Of a DNA stretch of 64,000 nt, positions 1 to 14,444 are shown piece after piece. Every line of letters begins with the position of its first letter. Within the stretch, counting starts at the first letter, position 1. Position numbers and translations under genes: made by a program. This DNA is from Mobula hypostoma (lineage: Eukaryota): NCBI RefSeq assembly GCF_963921235.1, contig NC_086108.1, positions 84,012,001-84,076,000 on the forward strand, given 5' to 3'. The notes beneath the pieces are model-generated. The model was not told where the DNA came from, ran no database searches, and saw only the letters and a program-made list of their open reading frames with translations.

Positions 1-714
1 CATCTCAATATCAAGCAGTGAAATCTTGATTTTTATGGGTTTAGACAGGTAGCCTCTTCATGCAGCAGGTAAAACTTATTTTCCAGTTTCACACAATAAT
101 CTACTCTCAAAATATTTGAATATCTAGATGAACACTTGGATCATCAAGCCACTGAAATCAATGAACTATATCCTGGTCAATTAGTATAGAAAGATACTTG
201 ATGGTCAACGTGGACGTGAAGGGCACGCCATTGTGCTGTACGACTTTTTGAGAACATAATCATATTCAGCAGTCTGATACTACAATTAGATCTTGCTCAC
301 GAGCTGCAAACCAGGTTGAAGCTCCCACATCAGATTTGTGCATGTTATAGCAGTAAATTTTCATTTTTACTAGAAATATGATTCTTAGGTTTAACATCAT
401 TAGTAGGACCTATAAAAGGGGCCTATGTTCCTTATGAGCAAGTTTTCCTTGTGTGTGAGTGTGTCCATGTTTGCCCAGTAATGGAATCCATAGATCAAAC
501 TGATAACTTTTGTAGATGTACTGGAATTAGTTTGAAATGTATAGCATAGAATCTGAATTTTTGGACAGTTCCATCACACAACTAGTCCTGCACATGTATT
601 TCCTCCCATCTTACATTTTGTAATAATACTTGCAGATCCCTCTGACCTTTCTCCCTCATTCACTTAACTACTTTCCTCCTGTATGTATCTACATTAATTG
701 TCATAGCTATTTCT

Positions 715-1326
715 TTCTTTTTAAATCTTTTTATTGAATTAGTACACAAAAGGTAAACCATATAGGCACTAATACACTGTTGCAATATAACTTTACAAAA
801 GATATTAATACACAAAAAATAGTATAAGCAGTGCAGTTTAGATATAAAATAACAAGGTAATATAATAGTATACTAATTTTCATACATATCAATAAGGAAA
901 AGAAAAAAAAAACCCAGAAAACTCAAAAAAAAACCCCACCGTGCAACTAACCTAAAAAGCAAAGCAAAGCAATGGGCTAACTAGGAATCAAGTAGAGTTA
1001 AACAACTTAAAACAATCACGTCCTCAAACCCGACCTCCATTAAAAAGTTAAAAAGCAAGAAGGGAATGTAAATATGGACAGAGAGAAAAAAAAATTACAT
1101 TAAATGAAAATGTTGAATAAAAGATCTCCAGGTCTGTTCAACTTTAGCTGAAGAATCATAAAGATTACTTCTAATTTTCTCCAAATTTAAACATAGTATC
1201 CTCTGGGAAAACCAAAAGAACTTAGTTGGAACATTAGTCTCCTTCCAATGTTGTAAAATACATCTTTTCGCCATCAAAGTAAGAAATGCAATCATTCTAC
1301 GGGCTGAAGGAGGAAGACTACTGGAA
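715..1326 (-). mobile_element. 5'-truncated L1-clade LINE (ORF2 C-terminus, 3' UTR, AATAAA and A-rich tail)
   Basis: ORF 1095-1331 reads ..MIAFLTLMAKRCILQHWK..LNLEKIR..W..FI. 15-bp TSD gtcatagctatttct at 700-714 and 1327-1341. Confidence 0.85.
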
Positions 1327-1794
1327 GTCATAGCTATTTCTGATGGAAGTAGGTTATACTCGCAATTGCAGCCTGGCTTAGAAAGATATCACCTATCACT
1401 GTTTGACCTCCTTATTGCAGATGGATGAGGATCAGGCTTAAGTTACAAACTATCAAACAAATTTGAAAAAACTAAGCAGGTAAATAACTGTACCAACCTG
1501 CTCTGAACAGTATGCACAGGGATAGTACGTCATTCTCCTCAAAATGTTAAAATAATTAAACTTAATATTTGTCACACAGGATTGAACACCATCACAATCT
1601 CTTGGTTGGTTTCATAAACATGGTAGCCAATGTTTGATCAGAGCTCATGTTTATTACATTCAAGGTGAAGGTCCTAATTGCACTGGAGATATCTCAAAAC
1701 AGAAATGCATAAAATAGTTATTTAGGAATCTATCCTTGATTGGTTCCAATTCTTCCAGAACTTTCCTGTACAGGAGGTACAGTGGCTGTCCTTG

Positions 1795-2080
1795 GTTTGA
1801 TTTATTATTGCCACATGTATCAAGATTCAGTGAAAAGCTTGTCTTGCATATTGTTTATACAGATCAGATCATTACACAGTGTACTGAGCCAGAATAAGGA
1901 AAAACAATAACCTAGGAACACGAAGCTCTCAACCACAGCACCACTGATATCCACAGGAGCATGTACACCACCATCCTTTCTGAAGTCAATGAGCAGCTAT
2001 TTTGCTTTGTTGACATTGAGGGAAAGGTTGATGTCATGACACCATGTCACTAAGCTCTCCATTTCCATTCTGTACTCCTT
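1795..2080 (-). mobile_element. Degenerate Rex1/Babar-type LINE fragment
   Basis: Reverse complement resembles the 'WCHDINLSLNVNKAK*LLIDFRK' RT segment and the 3' tail of the other Rex-type copies in this window. Confidence 0.55.
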
Positions 2081-2114
2081 ATAACTTTTTGCCTCTATCA
2101 CCAAAACCCTCAAA

Positions 2115-2425
2115 TGTTCTTTCCAGGTGAAGACATCATTTTCCCCCCTGTTAATTCAGTACAAATTATTCACTGGTCATGATGCAATTTCCTCCAATTT
2201 GTGAGACAATTACCATGGCAAATGACCAAACTGGCTTTGTTAAGTCTGCAGATATGATCCTTACTTCCTGGCCACCTTACACAAAGTCTATGTCCTGCTT
2301 CCACATTTAAGTCCTCAACCTCCTAAACTATTGCAATGAATCTTAAATGTAAGCTTGAGAAACAACATTTCATCTTCCAAATGGCTTCTCTGGACTCAAC
2401 ATTGATTTCAACAAATTCAGAAAAC
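2115..2425 (+). mobile_element. Degenerate Penelope-like (GIY-YIG end) fragment
   Basis: aagcttgagaaacaacatttcatcttc...aacattgatttcaacaaattcaga reads KLEKQHFIF...NIDFNKFR; similar sequence at 8085-8170. Confidence 0.5.
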
Positions 2426-5379
2426 AAGTATTTCCAGAATTCAAGGTATTTTCTCTGGTAACAATAGATAGTAATTAAGTTCCTTTCATTTACACTCCTC
2501 CAAGACTATCTTATTTCTTTTTTTCCATTAACTTTCTTTTTGTGTTGTATTATCATCTCTTTTCATCTTCTAATCCCTCCTGCCCGCCACCTTTTGTTCT
2601 CTTCTCATCTTAAACATTAAAACGTCCAGTTCAAGCAGAGTTTTGGCTAAAGGTACTTTTCCAGAGGTATTTCATAAGAAGGGTAAAGTTGTTTTCGTGT
2701 TTCTTGCAAGATAGTCTTAAAACTTGTAGAGGTTAAGAGGAAATTACAGCACTACCAGTAAGAAAATTAAGAAGAGTTAACAAAGAAAACAGTCTAAACC
2801 ATGACCGAATAATTTTATTGCTTCAGTGACATACATAATCAGTTACATTTAATCTGATCTGTCAGTCCAGTACAACATTGTTGTTTCTAAAGGAAGTGTA
2901 CATAGCAGAGCATATAAACAGACAAGTTTCCATCAAATAGGACAATTGAACATTAAATTTTATATCTCTGAAATTTAAAATTTCACTTATTTATGGTTAT
3001 ATTCAAAATTAGTAAGTGAGACAACTTAATTGTTATAACTTCATTGTCTGACATAAAGTACCAGGGGTAGTTTTCATTGATCCACAATAACAGTATCCAC
3101 TTCAAGCCATTTCTTTCCCACCTGAAATCCTGGTTACACTGACCACTTGTTACTCAAGACCACATCTTTCTTTTAGAGATAAGCATATGAAAATGTTGTC
3201 CTGGAGTAACTCAAAAGGAAGAGATCTGCTAACATGTAAGTTTCTAATTTATTTTGTGTTTCATGTTGAATGTGCTAGAAATGTCAGCTTTGAAACATAC
3301 ACTACTCAAGAGTTGTACACTTTCGCACCATGCAGTAACAGGTGAGTAACTTTCTAAATTGTTTTTGATAAGAAGAATTCTACTATATTTATGGTAGTTA
3401 CCATTTTAAAAAAACTGATTTCGAGTAGTCTGCAATGCATAATTCAACATTGAAGATGCCACTGATTTTTTTTTAAAAAGCTGTTTCATCAAGAGAAAAT
3501 TATGATCTTATGCACTATTACCTTATGCAATATTTTTATAATACATGCATGTCTTAAACAAGGTCTAGTTATTTCTAGTAAAGCAGTGCAAGGTTGCCAT
3601 TCAGTTACCTACAAAAAAATATACAAAGTTAAGCTGTTTTCCAACAATAAAACTTGTTCTACCTAATAATTCTGAAATCCATTTTGGAACAATGTTTTTT
3701 TTAAATTATTACTATCACTTATTTGCAGTTTATTTATTCCAACCCAACCCACAATCCCCATCCTGCTCCCACCTAATAAAAAGCCCACATAGTATTTTTC
3801 GAAGAAGAGTACAGACAATGGGTTGGTAGTTTCCGGTCAAAATGCAACCCGTTCAATATATTAACCAACAAATTATCAAAAAAATTCTCCCTACCAGCCT
3901 TTCCCTCACATGGACGTGTGCTGAGATTCATAGCTTATTTTGTAAACTCTGCAAGGTGAAGGGATGAAGGAAAGAGACAACAAGCAATAACTAGTAGCTT
4001 ATCATTCATTATTATTCAAAATAATACCTCAAAAAAACTGCCAAACAGCACAGAAAGCTACCCTCGCACAATAATCCATTGACTGTAAAGAGGTAGAACA
4101 AAACTAGAAATTTAAATTGAGTATTACTGGCATAAAGAGACGTGCACAAACCTTCACATAAAGAGCTGTAGGTTTAACTTGGAGTATCTAGCTAGATTTT
4201 CAGATCTTTCTCTGAATATTGTTTGTTACTTAAAAATAATTATCACTAATCATCTAGGAAGTCCTTCACTGGGTAATAGAAGGGAGTCAAACAGTTAATG
4301 GTTTCCACAATGAACTCCACATCCTATCCACCAATACCATCTCCACTGTCTCAAGGCTAAGCTAGACTGGAGGGAGAATTGGTCTTGTTTGATCTTGAAA
4401 TAAGCTAATGATCACATTATTACCAACTTCAGCTGCTTCCACCAGTCTGACCCAAAGCCCTACTGTAGCTCAGCTACTGAAAGTAAGCTTCACTCTTTGT
4501 TTTTTTCTATACCTAATAGTTATAATCTTTTGGTTGTGATCACATCTTCTACCTGTCAAAACTTTCATCCAAACCTTTGTCATGTTTATCCACACTCACT
4601 TAACACACTACTTAGTGACCTTCAATGGGGAATGCACAGGTAGAATCTTGATTTCAAAGTTCTCATTCTTGTTCAAACCCTTGCACAGCAATCATCATCC
4701 TTAAGTCTCTAACCTCCTTCCATCTGTTGGGAGTTCCAATCTCTTCCAGTTCTAACCACTTTAATTATCCATAAGCTTAATTGTTCCTTTGTTCTTTCAA
4801 TAACTTTACTGAGCAGCAGTTTAGGATTGGCACTACAAAGTACAACAAAGGCTAGTTCTTAATGCTGTTTCAATTAGTTTCACAGAACTCCAAGCTGGTT
4901 GAAGACATTTAAATAGTGTTAAAACATTACTTATTTCAGATAATGACTGCCAAAACAAAATGTACAAAAGCAAATACAATTTGGCTATTGCTATATAAAA
5001 ACAACAAATTGTTCCAGTTCTCATCAGCTCAAAGGAAGTCAATAAAAACATGATTCAAAATCAAAAATATTGTTGGTTTTGTCATATTACACCAGACACT
5101 AATTCACAGCTTTCCAGGTTTTAAATATGGTCAAATCTACATCAATTAAACACCTGAAAACCATGATAGTCCTCAGCCTAGTGAGCAGGCAACTCTTATG
5201 CTGCCCATTTTACAATGTTATTATTGCAGCTTATTATGCTTCTCTTCCTTTACCAGGGACCACTGGACTCTCTCCTAGCAGTAGAAACCAGAATTACATT
5301 TAATCCAGAATTTAAAAAAAAGGATGAATGTGAAGAGATTTACTTACTAATCTTTCCAAGGACCACGATGAAACTGGAG

Positions 5380-5775
5380 CAAAAGTACAAACTGCTGGAG
5401 AAACTCAGTGGGTCTGTGGAAACGAAAGGATGGTCGATGGTTTAGTCAAAACTTTGCCTCAGATTGAGCCGAGTGGGGAGAGATAGAGGTGGGTTGGGGT
5501 GATAAATGGAACCAGATGAGGGACAGTTGATGGGCAGATGGAGCCAGCTGGCTGAGTTTAGAGACAGAGTCTGGTGGGCTCCATTTATCAATCACCTTAG
5601 CTGGTTCCACCTATAATCTACCTGACCCCATCCTCTCACATCTTCCCTCTGCCTTCAGTCCTGATGTAGGGTCTCAACTTGAAATGTTACCATTCTTTGC
5701 CTCCATTGATTATGCCTGAGTTGCTCCAGCAGTTTTTGTTTTGTTCCACATTCCAGCATCTGCAGTCTCTTATGT
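5380..5775. mobile_element. Old Penelope-derived repeat in inverted (head-to-head) arrangement
   Basis: Left arm aaactgctggagaaactcag... is complementary to right arm ...ctgagttgctccagcagttt. Decayed hammerhead-like core cctgatgtagggtctcaacttgaaatg at about 5660. Confidence 0.55.
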
Positions 5776-8399
5776 GTCCTTATTATGGAATTGCATGTTT
5801 ACCTTATTCTGAACTGCAGCCTGGAGAGTTAGAGCTTCATATAAATCAAGCATCAAATTGTATGGTGTCAGCTTGGAAATATTCAAGCTAGAAACATGGT
5901 AATGTTACACTGCTAAAAGGTAGGAGGATAAGAAATGATAAAAACCTACCACTCAGATTCAAAGTAAATTTAACTTTGCTGATGTGAGAACATGATGCTA
6001 ACTAGATAGTGTGAGATCTGCAGAGGGAAGCCTCTTGTTTCATGATACTAATAAGCCTTGAGCATATACAATACTTCAAATGGCACTTTAGAGGAATGTC
6101 ATCTCTGGTTAGAGATGATTCTTTAAGATTTCACCAGAATATTTGTCACCTGCAGCCTTGCTCTGCTTCTTCCACCCTTAACTCACTCTCACAACTTTTA
6201 TTGTGTGTGAATCTTTTTTAATAACCAGTCATGTGTTCAGAGGAAATATCTATAATGTTTTTACATGTCCCTTTTTGACTCCTCAGAGTCCAGAAGATGA
6301 ATTCCTGAAGAGTCTAGAATAACCCTGAAGGGCTGGCAGAATTACTTCAAAGTCAATCACAGCTTTACTTCTCTCTACTGCATTGCGATCTTGCAGAACT
6401 AGTTTGAGTATTGCTGATGGCTGGGATTTGAACTTGTGACCTACTGCTAGTCATAAAAGCTGGACGAAGTTTTTAGTATTCAGAACAGATAGTATGCCAG
6501 TTACAGATCTGAAAGGATCTTTAAAGAACTGCTATTTTTCAATATAAATGTAAAAAAACATATCTGTTTGTGGCACTGACATAAGCGGGTATGGTCGAAA
6601 CCTTGTACTGTTTGTTCTAAGGGAAAGTCTTATCCCTAATAAATCAAAATTCCTTAAAGATGTGGAGACTGGTAATCGATTAGTGCAGTGATAACATTCC
6701 TTGTAAATGAATGACTTCAGTTGAACTGCATCCTTTAGTGAAAACTGACCCACTTATTGATGAAGCACTAAATATACCCTTCTATTCTCCCAACCATGAG
6801 GAATTTGTCACTAATGTAATCAACAACATTACGTGAAGTAAATAATTCTGACAATATAGATGTTTGAGTAGTGAGATCTTTCCAAGTCCAAATCCGGAGA
6901 GAAAACAATGATTTATAAAGTTTTAAAACCTTTGCAAAGTACATTGGAAAAGGTTCAAACTGTGGAATCAGCAGGCTGTCTGATCACCAAGTAAAAACAA
7001 TGATATTGTCAGGTGTTACTACTGCAATAATTTAGGTCATTCACCAGCAGATAAAATGTCCAGTCAAGGTAAGCTTTCTTTTTCACTTTGTTTCTTCGGT
7101 AACAGAAATATCCCATTCCAAACTAGATTCTGAATGATATAAATATTACATTTAGATGAAATTCAAAACATTGGAATTAGATGTCTCTTATCTCTTCAAT
7201 CCTCGAGAATAATTCCAAGCAACAAGAACATTTTCTAAACCATTCCCTAGCTTACGGTAGACTCATACAGCTAAAGGTAAACTGGACAAAACTGACATGG
7301 CTGTTGAGTTAACAAGTTTAAATTCATTAAATAGCTTAACTGACATATTTGCAATTTACAAAATTGCTCAAGTCTGATTTTTTATGTTATTCAATTATGT
7401 TTAAAAAGGCACAACAATTACGATTTGTAAAATAGGTTAGAATATATTCCAGTATACACCCAATAAACACAAATCAGTTACATGGAATCACTTTTACTTA
7501 CCAAACTTTCACATAGCAAACTTTATCAGTTCAAAGCCACTGGTCATCAATATGATATGCAAATAGGCGGGAGCAGAAAATGAAGAATGATTAGCAATAT
7601 TGATCAAAGTAGTTTTATTCTTGGTAAATACAATGAGCAAGAAGACCAGAATCAATAATTCTATATCATCTGATGTGAAGCCCTGTAACTGGAGAGCAAA
7701 AAAAGGCAAACTGGAAGAAAAGCTAGGCTTACTTGTGCATAGTAACATTTATGTAGGCATGAGAAATTGAGTTTAGCTCAACTTCCCATTCCAAAAGGTT
7801 CTGATGCCAGTTATCGTCCGAATAGTGAAAATTTAAAAAAATGCAGATTCTGCAAAGGTGAAATGAAAATAAAAAATACTGCAAGTACCTGGCAGGTCAG
7901 ACCATATCTGTGGGAAGAGAAACAGTTAGTATTTTGGCTCAAAGACCATTCATTAGAACTGCAAAGGAGACAAAAAGTGCTTGTAAAGCTGCAAGAAGGC
8001 TGGGGAGGGAATGTCCCTGATAGGGTGAAGCTAGGGTGACCATGGGAATAAGCTGTAAACAAGGTTATCTAGTCAATGACTGAATGTAAGCTTGAGAAAC
8101 AGCTCCTCATCTTTCACATAGGCACATTGCAGCCTTATACACTTAATTTTGAAACCTCCCACTTTAGATGACTTGACTTTAGATGAATGACTTCAGACAA
8201 CTTTAGGTGAATGACTCATATAGACATATGAGTCATTCATCTATGACACTGGCTCTTATTGTTTGTTGTATCCCTCCTTCCCTCTCAGATAGTAGAGTAC
8301 ATACCCATCCTGACCTGCCGGGCATGTTGTCCTGTTCTGAATTTTGCAACTTGTACATTCTTTTGTCTACATACCGGTCTATATTCTCACTCTCAAGGA

Positions 8400-9195
8400 T
8401 GAAGTGGTGTACAGGAGTGCGATACGTTGGCTGGTTGAGTGGTGCTGCAACAATCTTGCACTCAATGTCAAACCAAAGAATTGATTGTGGGCTTCAGGAA
8501 GGGGAAGTCAAGGGAATATACATCAGTTCTCATCAAGAGGTCAGCAGTTGAAAAGCTGAACAGCTTCAAGTTCCCAAGTGTCAACACCTCTGAAGATCTA
8601 TCCTGGGCTCAACACTTTGATGCAATTACGAAGAAGGCATGGCAGCAGCTATATTTCACAAGGAGTTTTAGTTGACTTGGTATATCTCCAACAACTCTAT
8701 CAAATTTCTACAAATGTACTGTGCAGAACATTCTCACTGCTTGCATCACCATCTGGCATGGAAGAGCCAATGCACAGGATTGGAAAAGGCAGAAGGTTGT
8801 AAACTCAGCCAGTTCCAGCATGGTCCTCCCCAGCATTTGAAAACATCTTCAAAAGGCGATGCCGCAAAAAGGTGGCTTCCATCTTAAGGACAGCCAGGAT
8901 AAGTCTCTTCTCATCAGGGAGGAAGTACAGGAGCCTGAAGACACACACTCAATGTTTTAAGAACAGCTTCTTCCCCTGCTCCATTAGATTTAACGGCCCA
9001 TGAATACTATCGCACTATATTTGCTCCTTTTTTTTGCATGACTTATTTAGATATATTTCTTATTCTAATTATGACCATAAGCTATAGGAACAGAATGAGG
9101 CCATTAAGCTTATTACTTATAGCACTGCATTGTATTTCTGTCACAAAACAACAAATTTCACAACATCTATCGGTGAAAATAAATCTGATCTGATT
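8400..9195 (+). mobile_element. Rex1/Babar-type LINE 3' fragment
   Basis: Frameshifted RT/C-terminal motifs TKELIVGFRK, SEDLSWAQH, AWQQLYF; 3' tail aataaatctgatctgattct. Confidence 0.8.
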
Positions 9196-9692
9196 CTCCA
9201 TTTCATTCATTGACAAACATTTACTTGCATATCACCTATCCCCATGATCACTCCAGTTTTACTCTATCAGAGACACTCCCCTCCCCTAGACTCCCTAGAA
9301 TATAATAAGATTAAGGTATCTACTTCACAATTCTGATAATGGTCCCTTGGCCTGAAACATTACCTTTTTGTCTCTTCCCATGGAGGTGGTCTGACCTGTT
9401 GAATATTTCCAGCATTTGCTGTTTTAATCCTGCTGAATAGGTCAGGTACTTTCCAATGGACACATCTCCTGATATGTGAATCAAAGTAACTTGGCTGAGA
9501 GCTGAAAGAAATTTGATTAGAACTTAGCAAGGACTGCCATTTTAAACCTGGAAATAAAATGAAGCCTATTTACATAGGGAAAAAAATTGCATGAGGTTTT
9601 GGTAGACTACTTTTAACATTTAAACAAAACTGGTACACTGGTTGAATACCATTTAGTATGCAAGTCAGGAACCCATCTTTCAATTACCTTTA

Positions 9693-9852
9693 CAATAGAC
9701 AATAGACAATAGACAATAGGTGCAGGAGTAGGCCATTCGGCCCTTTGAGCCAGCACTGTGATCATGGCTGATCATCCACAATCAGTATCCAGTTCCTGCC
9801 TTATCCCCATAACCTTTGACTCCGCTATCTTCAAGAGCTCTATCTAACTCTT
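9693..9852 (-). mobile_element. CR1/HER1-type LINE 3' end
   Basis: (caatagа-type) tandem tail caatagacaatagacaatagacaatagg followed by tgcaggagtaggccattcggccc, as in other CR1 3' UTRs here. Confidence 0.7.
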
Positions 9853-10059
9853 TCTTTACCAAGAAAACAAAATTAATTCCTACTCATTCAGAGATGCTTA
9901 GATTGAAACAGTTTGAATTATCACTACCACAATAACAGCATGGTTGTTGTCATAGATAGAGTTTTCTTGCCTTGTCTAAAAAAGGTCATTTTGTAATTTT
10001 AACCATTCTTCATATTGGTAAGGCAGCTTGGGAACCCCTCACCAGATGTTATCCTGTTA

Positions 10060-12857
10060 TAAATTTTTATTCATTAAAGTTTATTTTTATTTTCTGCCAT
10101 TTTGTTGTAGAACTACAATGGATGGCTGATCAGTAAGACCATTCAGCGGCAAGGGAGTGGAACAATAGGTCAAGGTACAGTATGCTGGTCCCAATACCAG
10201 TTGTTAAATAAAGTCATTTATGATGACAATTCCCTCTGCGAAGAATTAACATAATGAGTACTCGAGAGTGAATGACAGAAGAACTGTTAAGACACTGTGT
10301 AACCAGGCACCTAGGGTTTGTCAGCACTGGAAAAGATATGCTAACTGTGCTTTTTCTCTGAAGATATGCTTGCAACCAGTCACTGGTGAAAAAGTTGGTG
10401 CCATGGGAGCAATGATAGACAGATGCATTGCTTTCCTCCTGAAGCAGTGATTTCTTACTCTGAAAATGATTTTAGTGATAACTTTAAAATACTTAAATTA
10501 TGTGAGCATGCACAGGTATTCACAGGACAGCAGTAAGAATGATATCCACATTAAGGCCATGATACTCGACAGTTTGAATCCTTGTAGCTGGATGATTTCG
10601 TAGCAGCTTCAAGCCCAGACCAACAGAAGTTTTGAATGCAAGGAAGTGTTCGGGAAATAAAAGCTAGAAATAAATATTTTTTTAAAAAATTGATGCTATA
10701 CAAGTTTCAAAATACAGAAAAAAAAGGTACAGCAGTTATGAAATAATAAAATCAGGTACTTTTGAGCTTCATTTTCAGCTGTATATGTTCTGTTTGGTTT
10801 ATATTTCGTCCAAATGATCAACAGCACATTCCCACATTCTTCCTCTATGTTTGGTCTGTTTACAGTTTATATTATCAGTCTGAGGAGCAAACTGATTACA
10901 TAAACGGAAAGCTCCAATTCTATTTTTATACACTTTCAGATTTCACGGCCTCTTCAAATTAACGTGAAACATGCTAACCGGATATCTGGATGGCATGAAC
11001 CAATGAGAAAGGTCAGTTCACACATTAAAGAATTTAATCGCAGTAAACAATATAGAGAATAATGACCTGGAAATATGATCGATATCAGTGTAACAAATAA
11101 AATGGAGAAAATGATAACAATATTATTTAGATTATACATAGTCCACAAACTGGGAGCTGCACTACTCTGCTAGTTTTGTTTGAAATTGGAAGTTTTTTTA
11201 TCAAAGAATTTGCTCCCAATTCTGGCTTTGTGTGACTCCTTTCCTAAAATGAATCATAGTTACCTAAAGTAGGTTAATTTTGTCATAGTTGTGACACAAC
11301 AGCTTACTTACTTTTAATGGATACAATAAATGTAGCCATTCTTAGTGCTTCATATGAATCAAATGACAATTCTTTAATGAAGTCATAATGGATTGCATCA
11401 GATAGGCATGTATGTCTACACTGATAGAAGAGTGGGTGTTGAGAACACTTAACACAAGATTTACCAAATAGCCTCCTTTGAAAGATCCTGGTAGTAGGAG
11501 GATGAAAGGTAAGAAAGGTATGCCAAGGACAGGTTTATACAAGTGGATTTAGTCTTCATTTCAAATAGTTATCTTATTTTCAATTTGAACAAATAAGGGG
11601 GAAAAATTAAGGAAAAATATAGTTGACAGGAGTGAAATAGGGTGCAGGTTAACTACTAAATATTTAAGAATAGTTTCTGATAGAGTGATAACCTAACAAT
11701 AATTTATCTAATGTTTCAATCACATGGCTGACAACCCTCAAGTCTAACACAGAAGATTTGATGATTTGACAACAGTATCATCCGTCAGTGTGTTCTGACC
11801 TACAATCACCGTACCGTGTTTTTTGCACAATACATAGAAAGGTGGGAGGAAGATGCAAGGCTGAAAATTACCTAGGTGGTGCATCTGTGTGCAAAAAAAA
11901 ACAAAATTAATTTTGGACAGTTGAATGTAGATTTAAGCAATAGGTGTGCCTTATGAACAGCTAGAGAGCAAGTGTTTTTTTTTCCAACTAGCTATTGTAA
12001 ACTGGGTATCCAAATTAGTTTCTGTTCTAAACCCTTCTAAAAGAGTATCAATTACATGTCAAAACTGGCAAAGCAAATCAACAAGCTGGAAACATGAACC
12101 TCTAAATGTATTGCTAAAACATTTGTCACATTAGTACTTGAACAAACAAAGATTTCTGTTCAGCATTTGCCTTGAGCCCTCCACTCTGATCATTGCACAC
12201 ACTAGTGATAGCAGCTCTCAAAAGCACTGACACAGCAAAATTTTACCAGTAATACACAATCTTCTGCTCTTGAAATCAATAAGTTGATCATACTTAAGTG
12301 CTTTCACAGCATCTTTTCTCTACTGACACACAAAAAAAAAACATTTTTAAAATATCCTCTACCCCCAAAAGGAATAGCAGCAAATAATCAACAGTCTGGG
12401 ACGGAACCACTAGTCTCATGGATTTTGGGGCAGGGAGAGGAAATATTAAATTAAAATGTTAACACAATGTAAAAGTGTTTGTCCATACAACTTCTGAAAA
12501 TCTTTACATTCAAGCTATAAAAAGAGAAATACCTCAACAATCCTGTTGCTTTTTTTTCTCCAGAGGTAATTATGGCACATTGATCAGTATCTTTCTTTTC
12601 TAATTGCACACTTAGGTGGAGCATTGAATTGTTTCTGCACAAAATTTCAGCACGTCCCACCAACCCCCTCTCCCCGCCCCCTCAATATAGTGTTGATGCA
12701 AGATGACAGGTTTTATATAGAGATGTGTAGTCTCCCCTGTAGTTTGGTAAAGCTTTATCCTCATATTCAGCTGAGTTTTTCTGAAGTCCACAGGATGTTC
12801 TTCTTCATGCTTGCTTTTTCTTCCCCAAATTTATTTTGGGATGGAAACAACGTTGCC
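10060..12857 (-). other. ST3GAL3: Probable ST3GAL3 3' UTR (end uncertain)
   Basis: Repeat-poor AT-rich stretch after the stop codon. Minus-strand AATAAA occurs at 12830-12835 and as a cluster at about 10066-10091. Confidence 0.35.
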
Positions 12858-12947
12858 TCAAATCCCAGCTGTCAAATCTGTAATCACTTGTCCTTTCACC
12901 AATTTCCTAAGGAATTCTTTCTCCTTTCCAATATTATGAGTCCAAGA
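12858..12947 (-). CDS. ST3GAL3: ST3GAL3 last coding exon (sialylmotif VS plus stop)
   Basis: Minus strand reads tttcttttcAG|TCT TGG ACT CAT AAT ATT GGA AAG GAG...GGG ATT TGA, i.e. SWTHNIGKEKEFLRKLVKGQVITDLTAGI*. Human C-terminus as recalled: SWTHNIQREKEFLRKLVKARVITDLSSGI*. It joins in phase 0 to the 44958-45104 exon. Not in the ORF track. Confidence 0.95.
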   Translation of the reverse strand, partial: SWTHNIGKEKEFLRKLVKGQVITDLTAGI

Positions 12948-13344
12948 CTGAAAAGAAATTATTCAAAGAGCATCAAAAATTAATAATCACATTTAAGGCA
13001 ACAAATATTTTCAAAATATATCTTATAGCCTGGTCAAATTCTGATAAACACGTGGATATCCTTCTAGTTGGAACCAAAGATTTTCTTTAAATACACATCT
13101 TTATCCAAAAGTCAAATATATCTTTTATTAACTAAGCACAAAATGTGAAGTTCCTGAACTGTGCATGAATAGACAGTTAGAATGAACAAACAAAGATGCT
13201 AGAAGAACTCAGTGGGTTGGGCAGCATCATTGGAGAGAAATGGGCTGTTGATGCTTAGGATTGAGACCTATTTCCAGGTAAAATTAACATAGCTTTTACT
13301 ATAATTATTAAGCATTAAAATATGAAGAATTTTGGAATATAATT

Positions 13345-14155
13345 CTCTGCACTACTCATTTTATACTTACAACTGTGTGGCTAAGCACAACTCCAATGCC
13401 ATATCCAAGTTTGCTGACATTGCTGTTATAGGCAAGACCAAAGAGCTGATTATTGACTTCAGGAGACAGAAACCAGAGGTCCATAAAGCAGACCTCATTG
13501 GAGGATCAGAGGTGGAGGGGGTCGGCCACTTTAAATACCTCAGTGTTATTATTTTGGAGGACCCATCTTGGGCCCAGCACATAAGTGCAATCACGAATAA
13601 AGCACGGCTGCACCTCTACTTCCTTAGGAGTTTGCGAAGATTTAGCATTACATCTAAAACTTTAACGAACTTCTAAAGATCTGTTGTGGAGAGTATATTG
13701 ACTGGCTGCATCACAGCCTGGTATGGAAACACCAGTGCCCTTAAATGGAAAATCCTACAAAAAATAGTAGGTACGGCCCAGTCCATCACGGGTAAAACCC
13801 TTCCTACCGTACAGCACATCAAAACAAAGCCTCAGGACTTACACCACCAAGTTCAGGAACAATTATTACCCTTCAACCATCCGGCTCTTGTAAGAAAGGG
13901 GAGAATTTCACTCAACCTCACTTCCCCGATCTTTGAAATGCTCCCACAACCTATGGACTCACTTTCAAAGACTCTTCACCTCATGTTCTTGATATTTATT
14001 GTAAATTTACTTATTATTATTTCTTTCTTTTTGTATTTGCCCTGTTTGTTGTATTTTTCACACTGGTTGAATGCCCAAGTTGGTGCAATCTTTCATTGAT
14101 TCACTTTTGGGTTGTATATAATGTACATTGATAATAAATTTACTTTGAAATTTGA
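13345..14155 (+). mobile_element. Rex1/Babar-type LINE 3' fragment
   Basis: ORFs 13332-13676 and 13686-14099 contain KFAD, KTKELIIDFRR, ARLHLYFLRSLRRF and ESILTGCITAWYGN. Closely similar to 52037-53248. Confidence 0.85.
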
Positions 14156-14444
14156 ATATTTCTAATTACTATGTATTTGTTATGAGTTTTAAAAAATTGA
14201 ACATAAATACCTGTGGAGTAATGAAACTGAATTTCCAAAACTAAACTTTGATTTTTTTTAAATTGGTTTGAATATAAGCTCCAAAACAACTTCAATTTGA
14301 AGACTAGTTACAGTATATTGCAATGAAGCATCCTAAAGTGCTTTACAGAAATATTAGGTTAGATAACACATTTTTAAGGTAGATATTAAGTTTGGAGACG
14401 TAGACCTATATAAGTGTAAATTGTTATAAGTGTTGCTATTGATA

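Noticed and set aside
5215..5445. ORF with a signal-peptide-like N-terminus (MLLLQLIMLLFLYQGP...), considered as a neighbouring secreted gene such as ARTN
   Set aside because: It runs into a Penelope-derived repeat, has no GDNF-family cysteine pattern, and no supporting exons were found.
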